Shown: positions 18,533-27,741 of the stretch, one piece after another
Layout: every line of letters begins with the position of its first letter
Position numbering within the stretch: the first letter of the stretch is position 1
Origin: Gemmatimonadota bacterium
GTDB taxonomy: Bacteria > Gemmatimonadota > Gemmatimonadetes > Palauibacterales > Palauibacteraceae
DNA length: 64,000 bases
Assembly (NCBI GenBank): GCA_963666735.1
Contig: OY762926.1
Coordinates: 896,001 to 960,000, forward strand
Direction of reading: 5' to 3'
Made by a program: the position numbers and the translations under genes
Notes under the pieces: generated by a model
The model's input: the letters and a program-made list of their open reading frames with translations, nothing else
Databases searched by the model: none
Told to the model about the DNA's origin: nothing

Positions 18533-19851
18533 CGGCAGAGCTCGAGCCGCTCGAACCCGAGATAGGGGTGAAGCACCTCCGGCAGCAGGATCCCCTCACC
18601 CTCGCGGAAGCCCGTCTCGAGCAACACCACGATGAGCCGGGCGAGGGCCAGCGCCGAACCGTTCAGCGTATGCACATGGGCGGGGCGGCCGCCGCGCTCG
18701 GGCCGGAAGCGGATGTCGGCGCGCCGCGCCTGAAAGTCCCCGTACGATGAACAGCTGGACACCTCGAGCCATGCCTCGACGCCGGGAGCCCAGATCTCCA
18801 GGTCGTACGTGATCGCGTTCGCGAATCCGAGATCTCCCAGCGGAAGCAGGATCCGGCGGTACGGGACTTCCAGAAGCTCGAGCACGCGCTCCGCGTGGCG
18901 GGTCAGAAGCTCCAGCTGCGCCTCCGACTCCCCGGGCCGGCAGATGCGGACGATCTCCACCTTGTCGAACTGATGAACCCGCAGGAGCCCGCGCGTATCG
19001 CGGCCCGCCGCACCGGCCTCACGCCGGAAGCAGGGCGTGTGCGCGACGTACGCGAGCGGCAGGTCGTCGCCGGAGAGGATCTCATCCCGGTGCAGATTCG
19101 TGAGCGGCACCTCGGCCGTCGGCACCAGGAAGAGGTCGTCGGGGTCCGTCCGGTAAGCGTCGTCCTCGAACTTGGGGATGTGCCCGGTCCCCATCATCGA
19201 TTCCCGTGAGACGACGAGGGGAGGCAGCACCTCCAGGTATCCGTGCTCGCGGACGTGGAGGTCCAGCATGAACTGAACGAGCGCACGGCTGAGACGGGCG
19301 CCGCCCCCGACGAGAAGCGGAAAGCCGGAGCCCGCGATCTTCGCCCCGCGCTCGATATCCAGCGACGGCGTCCGTCCTCCGGGCATCGCGGAGCCGCCGG
19401 GATCCGTATAGCCGTGCGTGGCCCCGAGGACCCAGTGCGGCGGCACCTCCCCCTCCCGCGGGGCGCCCCATTCCGCGACCGCCGGCCCTTCCCCTTCCTC
19501 GCCGGGCGGGACGCGGGGATCCGGAATGTTCGGGATCCGCAGGAGGTGATCGCGCAGTTCCGCCTCGGTGCGCGCGAGGTCCGCGTCGAGGGCCTTGATC
19601 CGGGCCGCGACGCGGCGCATGGCCTCGATCTCCGACGATGCGTCCTCTCCCCTGCCCTTCGCGGCGCCGATCGCCTTCGACGCCGTGTTCCGCTCGGCCT
19701 TGAGGACTTCCACTTCCCGGATCAGGCCTCGGCGGATCTCATCCGCCCGCAGCGTCTCCTCCACGAGTCCCTCCGCGTGCTCGTCGCCGCGTTTCCGCAT
19801 GGCATCGCGGACGAGTTCGGGGTCGTCGCGGAGGGTTCTGAGGTCAAGCAT
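18529..19851 (-). CDS. serS: Serine--tRNA ligase
   Basis: LVPTAEVP, CFRREAG, GLLRVHQFDKVE, EVSSCS and HTLNGS. Confidence 0.98.
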   Translation of the reverse strand: MLDLRTLRDDPELVRDAMRKRGDEHAEGLVEETLRADEIRRGLIREVEVLKAERNTASKAIGAAKGRGEDASSEIEAMRRVAARIKALDADLARTEAELRDHLLRIPNIPDPRVPPGEEGEGPAVAEWGAPREGEVPPHWVLGATHGYTDPGGSAMPGGRTPSLDIERGAKIAGSGFPLLVGGGARLSRALVQFMLDLHVREHGYLEVLPPLVVSRESMMGTGHIPKFEDDAYRTDPDDLFLVPTAEVPLTNLHRDEILSGDDLPLAYVAHTPCFRREAGAAGRDTRGLLRVHQFDKVEIVRICRPGESEAQLELLTRHAERVLELLEVPYRRILLPLGDLGFANAITYDLEIWAPGVEAWLEVSSCSSYGDFQARRADIRFRPERGGRPAHVHTLNGSALALARLIVVLLETGFREGEGILLPEVLHPYLGFERLELCR

Positions 19852-19884
19852 GTCGATGGAGGGCGGGATCGGCGGGACAGGGCG

Positions 19885-20457
19885 TCACAGCGAACCGTGC
19901 GTCCCCGGTTCGAGGACGACGTCTCCGCAGTTCGGGTTCACCAGGTGGCGGAAGGTGATCGTTCCCGCGTCGGGATCGATGGCGAGAACCTGCAACTTGG
20001 CATAGCGGCTGCAGGCGAGAAAATTGCTCGGGTCGACGCGACTGCGGGCGATGAGCACGTCGCCGGGCTGGACCGCGAGGGGTGCGTTCAGGGTGTACCC
20101 GTCCTCCGGTGCCTCGAGCACGGCGTCGAAGCGTTCGCCGGTTACCTGCAGGCCCGAGTCCGTTACGCTGTCCGCGACCGCCGAGAAGGGGACGAGTTCC
20201 GCCGCCCCCTCCCGGATCTGAAAGAGAAAATCCCAGTTCAGCGTCTGGTCTATGCGAGCCGGAACCGCGAGTACGATGTCGAAAGCCGGAGGGTCTTCAA
20301 GGCGACCCGTCACGTAGTCATACAGCGTGACCTCCGTCGGCGTGAGCGGAACATCGCCGAGGAAGGCATCGAACGGATCGTCGCAGGCGGTCGCCGCGAG
20401 CGCGAGGATCAGCGCTCCGAGCCGTGCGGGCAGACGGATTCGGTGTCGGGGGAGCAT
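19885..20457 (-). CDS. Hypothetical lipoprotein
   Basis: Basic N-terminus, hydrophobic stretch and lipobox LAATA-C. Coding-like codon usage. Start trimmed to ATG 20457. Confidence 0.7.
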   Translation of the reverse strand: MLPRHRIRLPARLGALILALAATACDDPFDAFLGDVPLTPTEVTLYDYVTGRLEDPPAFDIVLAVPARIDQTLNWDFLFQIREGAAELVPFSAVADSVTDSGLQVTGERFDAVLEAPEDGYTLNAPLAVQPGDVLIARSRVDPSNFLACSRYAKLQVLAIDPDAGTITFRHLVNPNCGDVVLEPGTHGSL

Positions 20458-20651
20458 GGCGCGAATACTGTCGCCCGGGGAGGACTCGGGCAAGAAAAAA
20501 CGCCCGGAGGAAGCGGGATCGACGGGGCGGTCCGGCAACGTGGCGCGCCGTTCGCGGCGTCCGTAGCTTGGCCGCGTCGCGGCCGGCCCGCGGCGGGAAA
20601 GAGCCCGCGCGCGCGAAGGGCGGTCCGGAGGACGGGAGGGAGGCTCTGTCG

Positions 20652-21710
20652 GTGCACCTCGAGGCGTACTGCGCGGTCCTCGCGGGCGGGATCGGCCGCC
20701 GGTTCTGGCCCGCCTCGACCCCGGCCCGTCCCAAGCAGCTCCTGCCCCTCGCCGGTCCCGACCCCCTCATCGACGATACGCTCGCTCGTGCCGTCGCCCT
20801 GGTCGGCGCCCCGCGCGTCCGGGTCGTCGCGGCCGAACGCCTGGTGGAACTCATGCGCCCGAGCCTGGATGCGGCGGGTGTCGATGCGCTCGTCGAACCG
20901 AAGGCGCGCGGAACGGGACCGGCCCTCGTCTGGGCGGCCTCGGAGATCGAGCGGGCTCAGCCGGGCACCCTGATGATCTCGATGCACGCGGACCACCGCA
21001 TCGAACCCGTCGAGGCGCTCAGGGAGACGCTGCAGTCGGCCCTCCGGGCGGCGCGGGAAGGATACCTGTGCTGCGTCGGCGTGCGGCCGGACCGCCCCGA
21101 GACCGGATTCGGGTACGTGGAGATGGGGCGAGAGACCGGGTCCGGCGCCCGGGAGGTGCGGCGCTTTGTGGAGAAGCCGGATCCCGCCGCGGCCCGAAAA
21201 TACCTGAAGTCGGGACGCTTCCTGTGGAACTCCGGCATCTTCGTGTGGCGGGCGGCCGATCTGCTCGCGGCCGCCCGACGTGGCGCGCACGAACTCGCGG
21301 CGGCGTGGCCGGCCCTCGAACGCGGCGATGCGGAGGGATTCTTCGCCCGTGCCGAGCCGGTCGCGATCGATGTCTGCGTGATGGAGCGAGCCGAGCGCGT
21401 GGCCACCGTGGAGGCGCGATTCGCCTGGGACGACCTCGGCGTGTGGAGCGCACTCCTCCGCTCCCGGGAGCTGGACGAGGCCGGGAACGCGTCGGTCGGC
21501 TCGGCCCGCCTCCTCGGCGCGGCGGACAACGTCGTGTGGACGGAGTCCCGCCGGGCCACGGTCATCGGGGTGTCGGGTCTCGTCATCGTGGAGGCAAACG
21601 GGGAACTCCTCGTGATGTCGCGCGAAGAGGCCGCCGGACTCGACGCCCGCCTGGGACAGATCGACACGGATTCCTCCTCTTCCTCTTCCTCTTCCGAACC
21701 GCCGCGTTGA
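20652..21710 (+). CDS. Mannose-1-phosphate guanylyltransferase (ManC-like)
   Basis: LAGGIGRRFWPAS, PKQLL, ADH, PETGFGY, FVEKP, WNSGIF and WDDLG. GTG 20652 follows GGAGG. Confidence 0.92.
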   Translation: MHLEAYCAVLAGGIGRRFWPASTPARPKQLLPLAGPDPLIDDTLARAVALVGAPRVRVVAAERLVELMRPSLDAAGVDALVEPKARGTGPALVWAASEIERAQPGTLMISMHADHRIEPVEALRETLQSALRAAREGYLCCVGVRPDRPETGFGYVEMGRETGSGAREVRRFVEKPDPAAARKYLKSGRFLWNSGIFVWRAADLLAAARRGAHELAAAWPALERGDAEGFFARAEPVAIDVCVMERAERVATVEARFAWDDLGVWSALLRSRELDEAGNASVGSARLLGAADNVVWTESRRATVIGVSGLVIVEANGELLVMSREEAAGLDARLGQIDTDSSSSSSSSEPPR

Positions 21711-22903
21711 CCACGCTGGTCATGTTCGACGATGAGCGCGCGGGCGGCTGGGCGCCTTTTGCGCTCACCCGGCCGTGCGGCGAACTCGTCTTCGGCCGCT
21801 GGACGTTGCGCGAGCGGCTGGAACGGGTCGCGCGAACGCGCGTGGCCGGTCATGTGACGCGCCCCTGGCTGCACCGGTACGCGGAGCCGGGAGCGCCGCG
21901 CTGCCTGGACGCGGGCGGGCTGTCCACTCCCTGTACCGTGTGGAACGCCCGGGCCGTGCCGTCACTCGAAGCCGCGTGGAGCGACGCGCCCGCCAACCTC
22001 TGGGTCGCCGACCGGCTGGCGGGCGTCCGCCCGGGCGCCGGCGCAGAGCCGCCGCAAGCGGACTGGTTCGCCGCTCCCCGGCCCCGGCCCGGGCTGCCGG
22101 ACCACGAGGTAGCCGGGGCTTGGCTGCGTGACCCCTGGGACCTTGTGGCCGCCGGACCCGACCGGCTGGCCGCCGACCTGACGGCCGTCCCGGGCGCGGA
22201 GGCGTCGGCGCCGCCGGACGGTTGCTGGCGCCTCGGCGACGCCCCGATCCACCTGGGCGAGGGGGCGCGCGTGGAACCCGGCGTGCTATTCGATGCGCGC
22301 GAGGGCCCGATCGAACTCGGTCCCGGCGTCCAGGTCCGCTCAGGCACCCGCCTCGGCGGGCCGCTCTACGCGGGCGCCGGCTCACAACTCCTCGGCGGCC
22401 ACATCTCGCGCTTTTCCGGGGGCCCCGGCTCCCACGTGCGGGGCGAGGTCGACCACGTGACGACGCTGGGCTATTCGAACAAGGCGCACGACGGGTTTCT
22501 CGGACACGCATACCTCGGCTGCTGGGTCAACCTCGGCGCGGGCACGGTGACCAGCGATCTCAAACACACCTACGGGTCGATCCGCGTGGGGCCGCCCGGC
22601 GCGCGGCGGGACACCGGACTCCTGAAGTTCGGCTGCCTGCTCGGCGATCACGTGAAGACCGGCGTCGGCACCCGACTCGAGACCGGGGCCGTCGTCGGCG
22701 CCGGCTCGAGCCTGTTCGGCGCGGAGCCGCCGCCTCGCTGGGTGGAGCCCTTCTCGTGGGGCGGAGGCCGGAACACGGAGCCGCACCGTCGCGGTGACTT
22801 CCTTTCCACGGCCGCCCGGGTCGTCGAGCGCCGGGGACTCGAGGGGACCCCGGAGTTCCGGAACTGGCTGGGCGATGTCTGGGACGAGGCCTGCCGCTCG
22901 TGA
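21707..22903 (+). CDS. GlmU-related putative sugar nucleotidyl/acyltransferase with hexapeptide repeats
   Basis: PFALTRP, GEV...YSNKAHDGFLGHAYLG.WVNLGAGT..SDLK. TTG overlaps the upstream stop. Confidence 0.82.
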   Translation: MTTLVMFDDERAGGWAPFALTRPCGELVFGRWTLRERLERVARTRVAGHVTRPWLHRYAEPGAPRCLDAGGLSTPCTVWNARAVPSLEAAWSDAPANLWVADRLAGVRPGAGAEPPQADWFAAPRPRPGLPDHEVAGAWLRDPWDLVAAGPDRLAADLTAVPGAEASAPPDGCWRLGDAPIHLGEGARVEPGVLFDAREGPIELGPGVQVRSGTRLGGPLYAGAGSQLLGGHISRFSGGPGSHVRGEVDHVTTLGYSNKAHDGFLGHAYLGCWVNLGAGTVTSDLKHTYGSIRVGPPGARRDTGLLKFGCLLGDHVKTGVGTRLETGAVVGAGSSLFGAEPPPRWVEPFSWGGGRNTEPHRRGDFLSTAARVVERRGLEGTPEFRNWLGDVWDEACRS

Positions 22904-23730
22904 GCCTGTCCGTCGCGTCGCTGGGCTCGGGAAGCCGCGGCAACGCCTTTCTGGTGGAGGGCGACCGCGCCCGCGTACTCGTCGATGCGGGGTTCTCGGG
23001 GGTTCAGCTTGCCCGCCGACTCGCCGAACTCGACGTCGAGCCCGAAACCATCGACCTCGTCGTTGTCACGCACGAGCACCGGGATCACGCCGCGGGGATC
23101 GGCATCGGAGCGCGCCGCTGGGGCTGGCCCCTCGCGATGAACCCGCCCACTCGCCGCGCCTGCGCTTCTCTCCTGCGCGGGCAGGAGCGATGCGGCGACC
23201 TGCCGCTCACCGGACTCGAGGTCGGCGACCTCGCGATCGAGACCGCCCCCACCGCGCACGACGCCGCGAAACCCGTAGCCGTCACGGTCCTGCACCGACC
23301 CACGGGCCTGCGAGTGGGGATTGCGACGGATCTCGGGAGACCGACGACACCCGTCCGCGTGGCACTTCGGGAGTGCGCCTTTCTCATCATGGAAGCGAAC
23401 CACGACGAGCACCGTCTCCGGGCGGCTTCCTATCCCTGGCGAGTCAAGCAGCGGATCGGGGGTAGCCGGGGACACCTCTCCAACCGCCACGCGGCCGAGT
23501 TGGCGCGCGAGCTCGCCCACCCGGGGCTGGGAGGGATCCTGCTCGCCCACCTGAGTCACGAGTGCAACGACCGGGAACTCGCCCTGGAGAGCGTCGCGGA
23601 AGGGCTTGCGCAGACGGGATACGATGGATTACTGGACGCTGCGGCACAAGCGGAGCCCAGCCCCCGTTACGACGTGGTCGCCCTCGCGCGGGCGCGCGGC
23701 GACGCAGAGCAACTCTCGCTCCCTATCTGA
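22900..23730 (+). CDS. MBL-fold metallohydrolase (YycJ/WalJ-like)
   Basis: SGSRGN, THEHRDH, ATDLG, EANHD, GHLSN and AHLS. Confidence 0.9.
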   Translation: MSLSVASLGSGSRGNAFLVEGDRARVLVDAGFSGVQLARRLAELDVEPETIDLVVVTHEHRDHAAGIGIGARRWGWPLAMNPPTRRACASLLRGQERCGDLPLTGLEVGDLAIETAPTAHDAAKPVAVTVLHRPTGLRVGIATDLGRPTTPVRVALRECAFLIMEANHDEHRLRAASYPWRVKQRIGGSRGHLSNRHAAELARELAHPGLGGILLAHLSHECNDRELALESVAEGLAQTGYDGLLDAAAQAEPSPRYDVVALARARGDAEQLSLPI

Positions 23731-23771
23731 CTCTCTATCTGAGTCCTTATCTGAGTCCTTATCTGAGAATC
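23724..23771. repeat. Four 12-bp tandem repeats joining two convergent gene ends
   Basis: TATCTGACTCTC TATCTGAGTCCT TATCTGAGTCCT TATCTGAGAATC. Confidence 0.92.
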
Positions 23772-24862
23772 ACCCTCAGCACATCGTTTCCCACGGCCCA
23801 CACCATGAGCGCCAGGACGAAGACCATCCCCACCGTGGTGAACCGCATGCGCGCCTCGACGCTGAGCGCCCGGCCGCGGATCGCCTCGATCCCCAGGAAG
23901 AGCAGGTGCCCCCCGTCGAGCACGGGAATCGGCAGCAGATTGAAGATGGCGAGATTGACGCTGATGATCGCCATGAAACTCAGGAGCTCCCAGAACCCCG
24001 CGCGCGCGGCGCGGCCGGAAATCTCCCCGATCAGAATGGGGCCGCCGACCTCTCGCGCCGAACTTCGTCCGGTGACCAGGTCCCCCAGGAACTGAAGGAC
24101 GGCGCCGCCCCAGTAGGTCGTGTTCGACCACCCGCGCCCGAGCGCCGCGATGGGGCCCGCTCGACCGCTCTCGGCGCCGATGGTGATCCCGACGCGCCCG
24201 ACCGTCCTCGATTCTCCCGTGAGATCCGAGTACTGCTCGACTGCCTCGGGCGTCGCGACGAAGGTGAGTTCCTCCCCTCCCCGTTCCACGACGATGTCGA
24301 TGGATTCGCCGGGCCGGCGGTCGACCCGCATCGTCACCTGGCCGGGGTCGTGCACCGCGGCGCCATCCACGCGCCGGATCAGATCGCCGGCCCGGAGGCC
24401 AGCCTCCGCGGCGGGCGACCCGGGTACGACCTCGGCGATCCGCGGCTCGAGCACGCCCCGCCCCATCGCGATCGCCGCGAAGGCGACGACCGCGAACAGC
24501 CAGTTCATGATGACGCCCGCCGAGATGGCGAAGACGCGCGCCCATAGCGGCTTGCCGTCGAAATCTCCGGGCCCGGGCCTCGCTTCGGTGCGCGCCGCCT
24601 GCTCCGGGTCGCCCCCGCCCTCGAGCGTCGAAGTCACTTCCTCGTCCGCCATCCCCGCCATCTTGACGTAGCCGCCGAGCGGGATCCATGAGAGGACATA
24701 CTCCGTTTCACCGCGCCGGAACCCCACCATCTTCGGGCCCAGGCCGATCGAAAACCGCGGCACGTCGATCCCGACGCTCTTCGCAGCGGCAAAATGCCCC
24801 AGTTCGTGCACGAAAATGAGCACGCCCAGGACAAGGATGGTTACCAGAATCGTTACGATCAC
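23759..24862 (-). CDS. rseP: RIP metalloprotease RseP
   Basis: HELGH, LGGYVKM, a PDZ domain and NLLPIPVLDGG. Confidence 0.96.
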   Translation of the reverse strand: MIVTILVTILVLGVLIFVHELGHFAAAKSVGIDVPRFSIGLGPKMVGFRRGETEYVLSWIPLGGYVKMAGMADEEVTSTLEGGGDPEQAARTEARPGPGDFDGKPLWARVFAISAGVIMNWLFAVVAFAAIAMGRGVLEPRIAEVVPGSPAAEAGLRAGDLIRRVDGAAVHDPGQVTMRVDRRPGESIDIVVERGGEELTFVATPEAVEQYSDLTGESRTVGRVGITIGAESGRAGPIAALGRGWSNTTYWGGAVLQFLGDLVTGRSSAREVGGPILIGEISGRAARAGFWELLSFMAIISVNLAIFNLLPIPVLDGGHLLFLGIEAIRGRALSVEARMRFTTVGMVFVLALMVWAVGNDVLRVILR

Positions 24863-26025
24863 TCAGCGTCTCCCGGCTTGGGCTCCCCGTGTGGGTCGCG
24901 GGCGATGGCGCGCGCCCGGGTGTCGACGCGCCGCGCATCCTCCACCGATTCGATGGCGCGCGACGAGAACCGTTCCAGTGTACGAAGCACGAGGTCGGCG
25001 AGTTCCCTGAAGCCGACGTCCCCGGAGAGGAACCTCTCGACCGCGACCTCGTTGGCCGCATTGAAGGCCACCGGAAACTCGCCTCCCGCCTTTCCCGCCG
25101 CGACCCCCGCGCCAAAAAGGGGAAAATCCTCCTCCCGCACCGGTTCGAACTCCAGCGGGCCGTCCCGCACGGGGTCGAACCCCGTGTCCCGACGCGCGTC
25201 GTCCAGCCGGTCCGGGTACCCGAGCGCCCACAGGATCGGCACCTCCATCGAGGGCCGGCCCAGTTGGGCAAGCGAGGACCCGTCCCTGAATTCGACGAGG
25301 GAGTGGACGATCGACGTGGGATGCACGACGACCTCGATGCGCTCGTAGGGGAGGTCGAACAACGTGTGCGCCTCGATGACCTCGAGCGCCTTGTTCGCCA
25401 GCGTGGCGGAGTCGATCGTGATCTTGGCCCCCATCGACCACGTGGGATGACGCAGGGCATCGGCCGGCGTGACGGTGGCGAGTCGCCGAGCCGGCCACTC
25501 GCGGAAAGGGCCGCCCGAAGCCGTGAGCGTGACCCGCGCGACCTCCGACACCGGACGACCGGCCAGACACTGGTGGACGGCGGAGTGTTCGCTGTCCACC
25601 GGCAGAAGTTCGCCTCCTCCCCCGCGCAGCGCCCGCATCACGAGGTCTCCTCCCGCCACGAGCGATTCCTTGTTGGCGAGGGCCAGCCGCTTCCCCGCTG
25701 CAAGCGCCGCCAGCGTCGCGTCGAGTCCGGCGAACCCGACGATCGCATTGAGCACGATATCGCTCCCGGGCGACCCGGCCGCCTCCGCGAGCGCATCGGC
25801 GCCAAACCGCCACTCCCCCGCCCATTTCGGCGCGAAGCCGTCCGGGGGCGGGGCCCCGAGCACGACCAGGTCGGGATCCAGGTCGAGCGCGAGCGCGTCC
25901 AGCGCCTCCCAGCGGCGGTGCGCGGTCAGGACGGCGGCGCGAAACCGCGACGGGTGGCGGCGGATCACCTCGAGCGTGCCCGCGCCGACGGATCCCGTGG
26001 CGCCGAAGATGGCGACGTTCTTCAA
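24859..26025 (-). CDS. dxr: 1-deoxy-D-xylulose-5-phosphate reductoisomerase
   Basis: GATGSVG, LANKESLV, PVDSEH, TASGGPF, HPTWSMGAKITIDSAT and NAANE. Confidence 0.98.
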   Translation of the reverse strand: MKNVAIFGATGSVGAGTLEVIRRHPSRFRAAVLTAHRRWEALDALALDLDPDLVVLGAPPPDGFAPKWAGEWRFGADALAEAAGSPGSDIVLNAIVGFAGLDATLAALAAGKRLALANKESLVAGGDLVMRALRGGGGELLPVDSEHSAVHQCLAGRPVSEVARVTLTASGGPFREWPARRLATVTPADALRHPTWSMGAKITIDSATLANKALEVIEAHTLFDLPYERIEVVVHPTSIVHSLVEFRDGSSLAQLGRPSMEVPILWALGYPDRLDDARRDTGFDPVRDGPLEFEPVREEDFPLFGAGVAAGKAGGEFPVAFNAANEVAVERFLSGDVGFRELADLVLRTLERFSSRAIESVEDARRVDTRARAIARDPHGEPKPGDAE

Positions 26026-26065
26026 GCGCCGGCCTCCGGGAAACCCGGTCCGCCTCCAGCGTCCG

Positions 26066-26920
26066 TCACACGAAGAGGAAGAGGAAGAGGAACGCGGCCG
26101 GGACCGCCCACAGGACGGAGTCGAGCCGGTCGAGCATGCCCCCGTGCCCCGGAAGCAGCTGTGATGAGTCCTTCACTCCGCACTCGCGCTTGAGGGCGGA
26201 CTCCGCGAGATCCCCGACGATCGCCAGCCCCGCCACGACCAGCCCGAAGGCCAGCGTCGAAACGAGGTCCGGTGTCCAGATCTCCGGAAGAAGGAAGCGC
26301 GGATAGAGGACGGCGGCGGCGAGGCCCGCGAGCAGCGCACACACGGCTCCCGCCACCGTCTTGTTCGGGCTCAGGCGCGGCGCGAGCGGGCGTTTCCCGA
26401 GCGCTCGCCCGCCGAGGTACGCCGCGGTGTCGGCCAGCCACGTGATGACGACCGGAAAGAAGAAGATGAGCGTGCCGGCCATCCGCCCGGCGACCGCATC
26501 GCCGCCGGCCGGAAGCAGGGGCCCGCCTTCGCGCAGGGGGAGGCCCAACGCGAGCAACCCCCCCACGTAGAAGACGCCGAACGTCGTACAGGCGGCGGCC
26601 CGGATCGGGCGCTCCGAGAGGTCGACGGTCACGAGCGCGAGCGCGGGGAACGCAAGCATCAGGCTCGCCGCAAAGAATCCGCCGCCCTCGAGACCGCCCG
26701 CAAGGACGACGAACGGAAAGAGAAACGCGGCCACGGCTCCCGGCAGCGTGAGGACCCGCGTCCCGGTGCCGCGCATCATCGCCGCGAACTCCCGGTAACC
26801 GAGCGCGGCCGCCGCGCCCAGCCCGGTGACGAAGATCACCCCGCCGGCGTAGGTCACCAGCGCGCAGAGGGGGACTCCGACACCGGCGACGGCGAGTCTC
26901 TTGCGGAAGTTGGGGCTCAT
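26066..26920 (-). CDS. cdsA: Phosphatidate cytidylyltransferase
   Basis: SPNKT and GDLAESALKR..GVKDS..LLPGHGGMLDRLDS in a multi-TM protein. Confidence 0.95.
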   Translation of the reverse strand: MSPNFRKRLAVAGVGVPLCALVTYAGGVIFVTGLGAAAALGYREFAAMMRGTGTRVLTLPGAVAAFLFPFVVLAGGLEGGGFFAASLMLAFPALALVTVDLSERPIRAAACTTFGVFYVGGLLALGLPLREGGPLLPAGGDAVAGRMAGTLIFFFPVVITWLADTAAYLGGRALGKRPLAPRLSPNKTVAGAVCALLAGLAAAVLYPRFLLPEIWTPDLVSTLAFGLVVAGLAIVGDLAESALKRECGVKDSSQLLPGHGGMLDRLDSVLWAVPAAFLFLFLFV

Positions 26921-26936
26921 GCAGGATCCGGCCGGC

Positions 26937-27692
26937 TCACGTCTTCACCAGCCCGAACCTCCGCTCCCGGCACCGGTAATCGACGAGCGCGCCGAAGAAA
27001 TGCTCCCGGGTGAAGTCGGGCCACAGCACGTCCGTCACGAAGAGTTCCGCGTACGCGAGCTGCCAGAGGAGGAAGTTGGAAATGCGCTGCTCCCCCGAGG
27101 TCCGGATCAAGAGGTCGGGATCCGGCCAGTCCCTCGTCAGAAGTTCGGCCGCGAAGAGTTCGGGGTCGATCTCCTCCGGGGCCAACTCACCCTCCAGGCA
27201 ACGCTGTGCGAGCGTGCGCGCCACCCCCGCGAGTTCCGCCCGCGACCCGTAGCTGATGGCGAGGTGCACTTCCAGCACCGTCCCGCCCTCCGTCGACGCC
27301 TCGAGTTCGGAGATCGCCTGCCGGGCCTCTTCCGGAAGCCGCAGCCGGTCGCCGAACACCGTGACCCGGACTCCGTGACCGACCAGAGCTTCGCGCTGGC
27401 TCCTCACATACTCCTGGAGGAGCGTCATCAGCGCTTCCACCTCCATGGAAGGCCGAAACCAGTTCTCATCCGAGAAGGCGTACAAAGTGAGATGGGCCAC
27501 GCCGGCCTCCACCGCCCCCTCGATCGTCTCGCGCACGGCCGTCATGCCCGCGCGGTGCCCCTCCCATCTCGGCAGGCCGCGCCGTCTGGCCCAGCGTCCG
27601 TTGCCATCCATGATGACGGCGACATGGGCCGGCACCTCCCCCCGCAGCACCGTCTCCAGGGCCGCCGTCACGCCGCTCTTCTCCCCGCTCAT
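26937..27692 (-). CDS. uppS: Undecaprenyl/polyprenyl diphosphate synthase
   Basis: HVAVIMDGNGRWA, YAFSDENW and DLLIRTSGEQRISNFLLWQ. Confidence 0.97.
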   Translation of the reverse strand: MSGEKSGVTAALETVLRGEVPAHVAVIMDGNGRWARRRGLPRWEGHRAGMTAVRETIEGAVEAGVAHLTLYAFSDENWFRPSMEVEALMTLLQEYVRSQREALVGHGVRVTVFGDRLRLPEEARQAISELEASTEGGTVLEVHLAISYGSRAELAGVARTLAQRCLEGELAPEEIDPELFAAELLTRDWPDPDLLIRTSGEQRISNFLLWQLAYAELFVTDVLWPDFTREHFFGALVDYRCRERRFGLVKT

Positions 27693-27741
27693 GCGGCCCA
27701 AGCTCGCCCCGCATGGGCAGGAGTGTCAAAGCGGGCCGCGA

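Noticed and set aside
21671..21695. (TTCCTC)n tracts at the manC-like 3' end and in cdsA (about 26072-26092)
   Set aside because: Short in-frame hexamer runs encoding poly-Ser and FLFLFLF. A length change would not shift the frame, so there is no sign of phase variation.
12696..23771. Short repeat arrays as CRISPR
   Set aside because: Units are 11-12 bp and contiguous with no spacers, and there are no cas genes.
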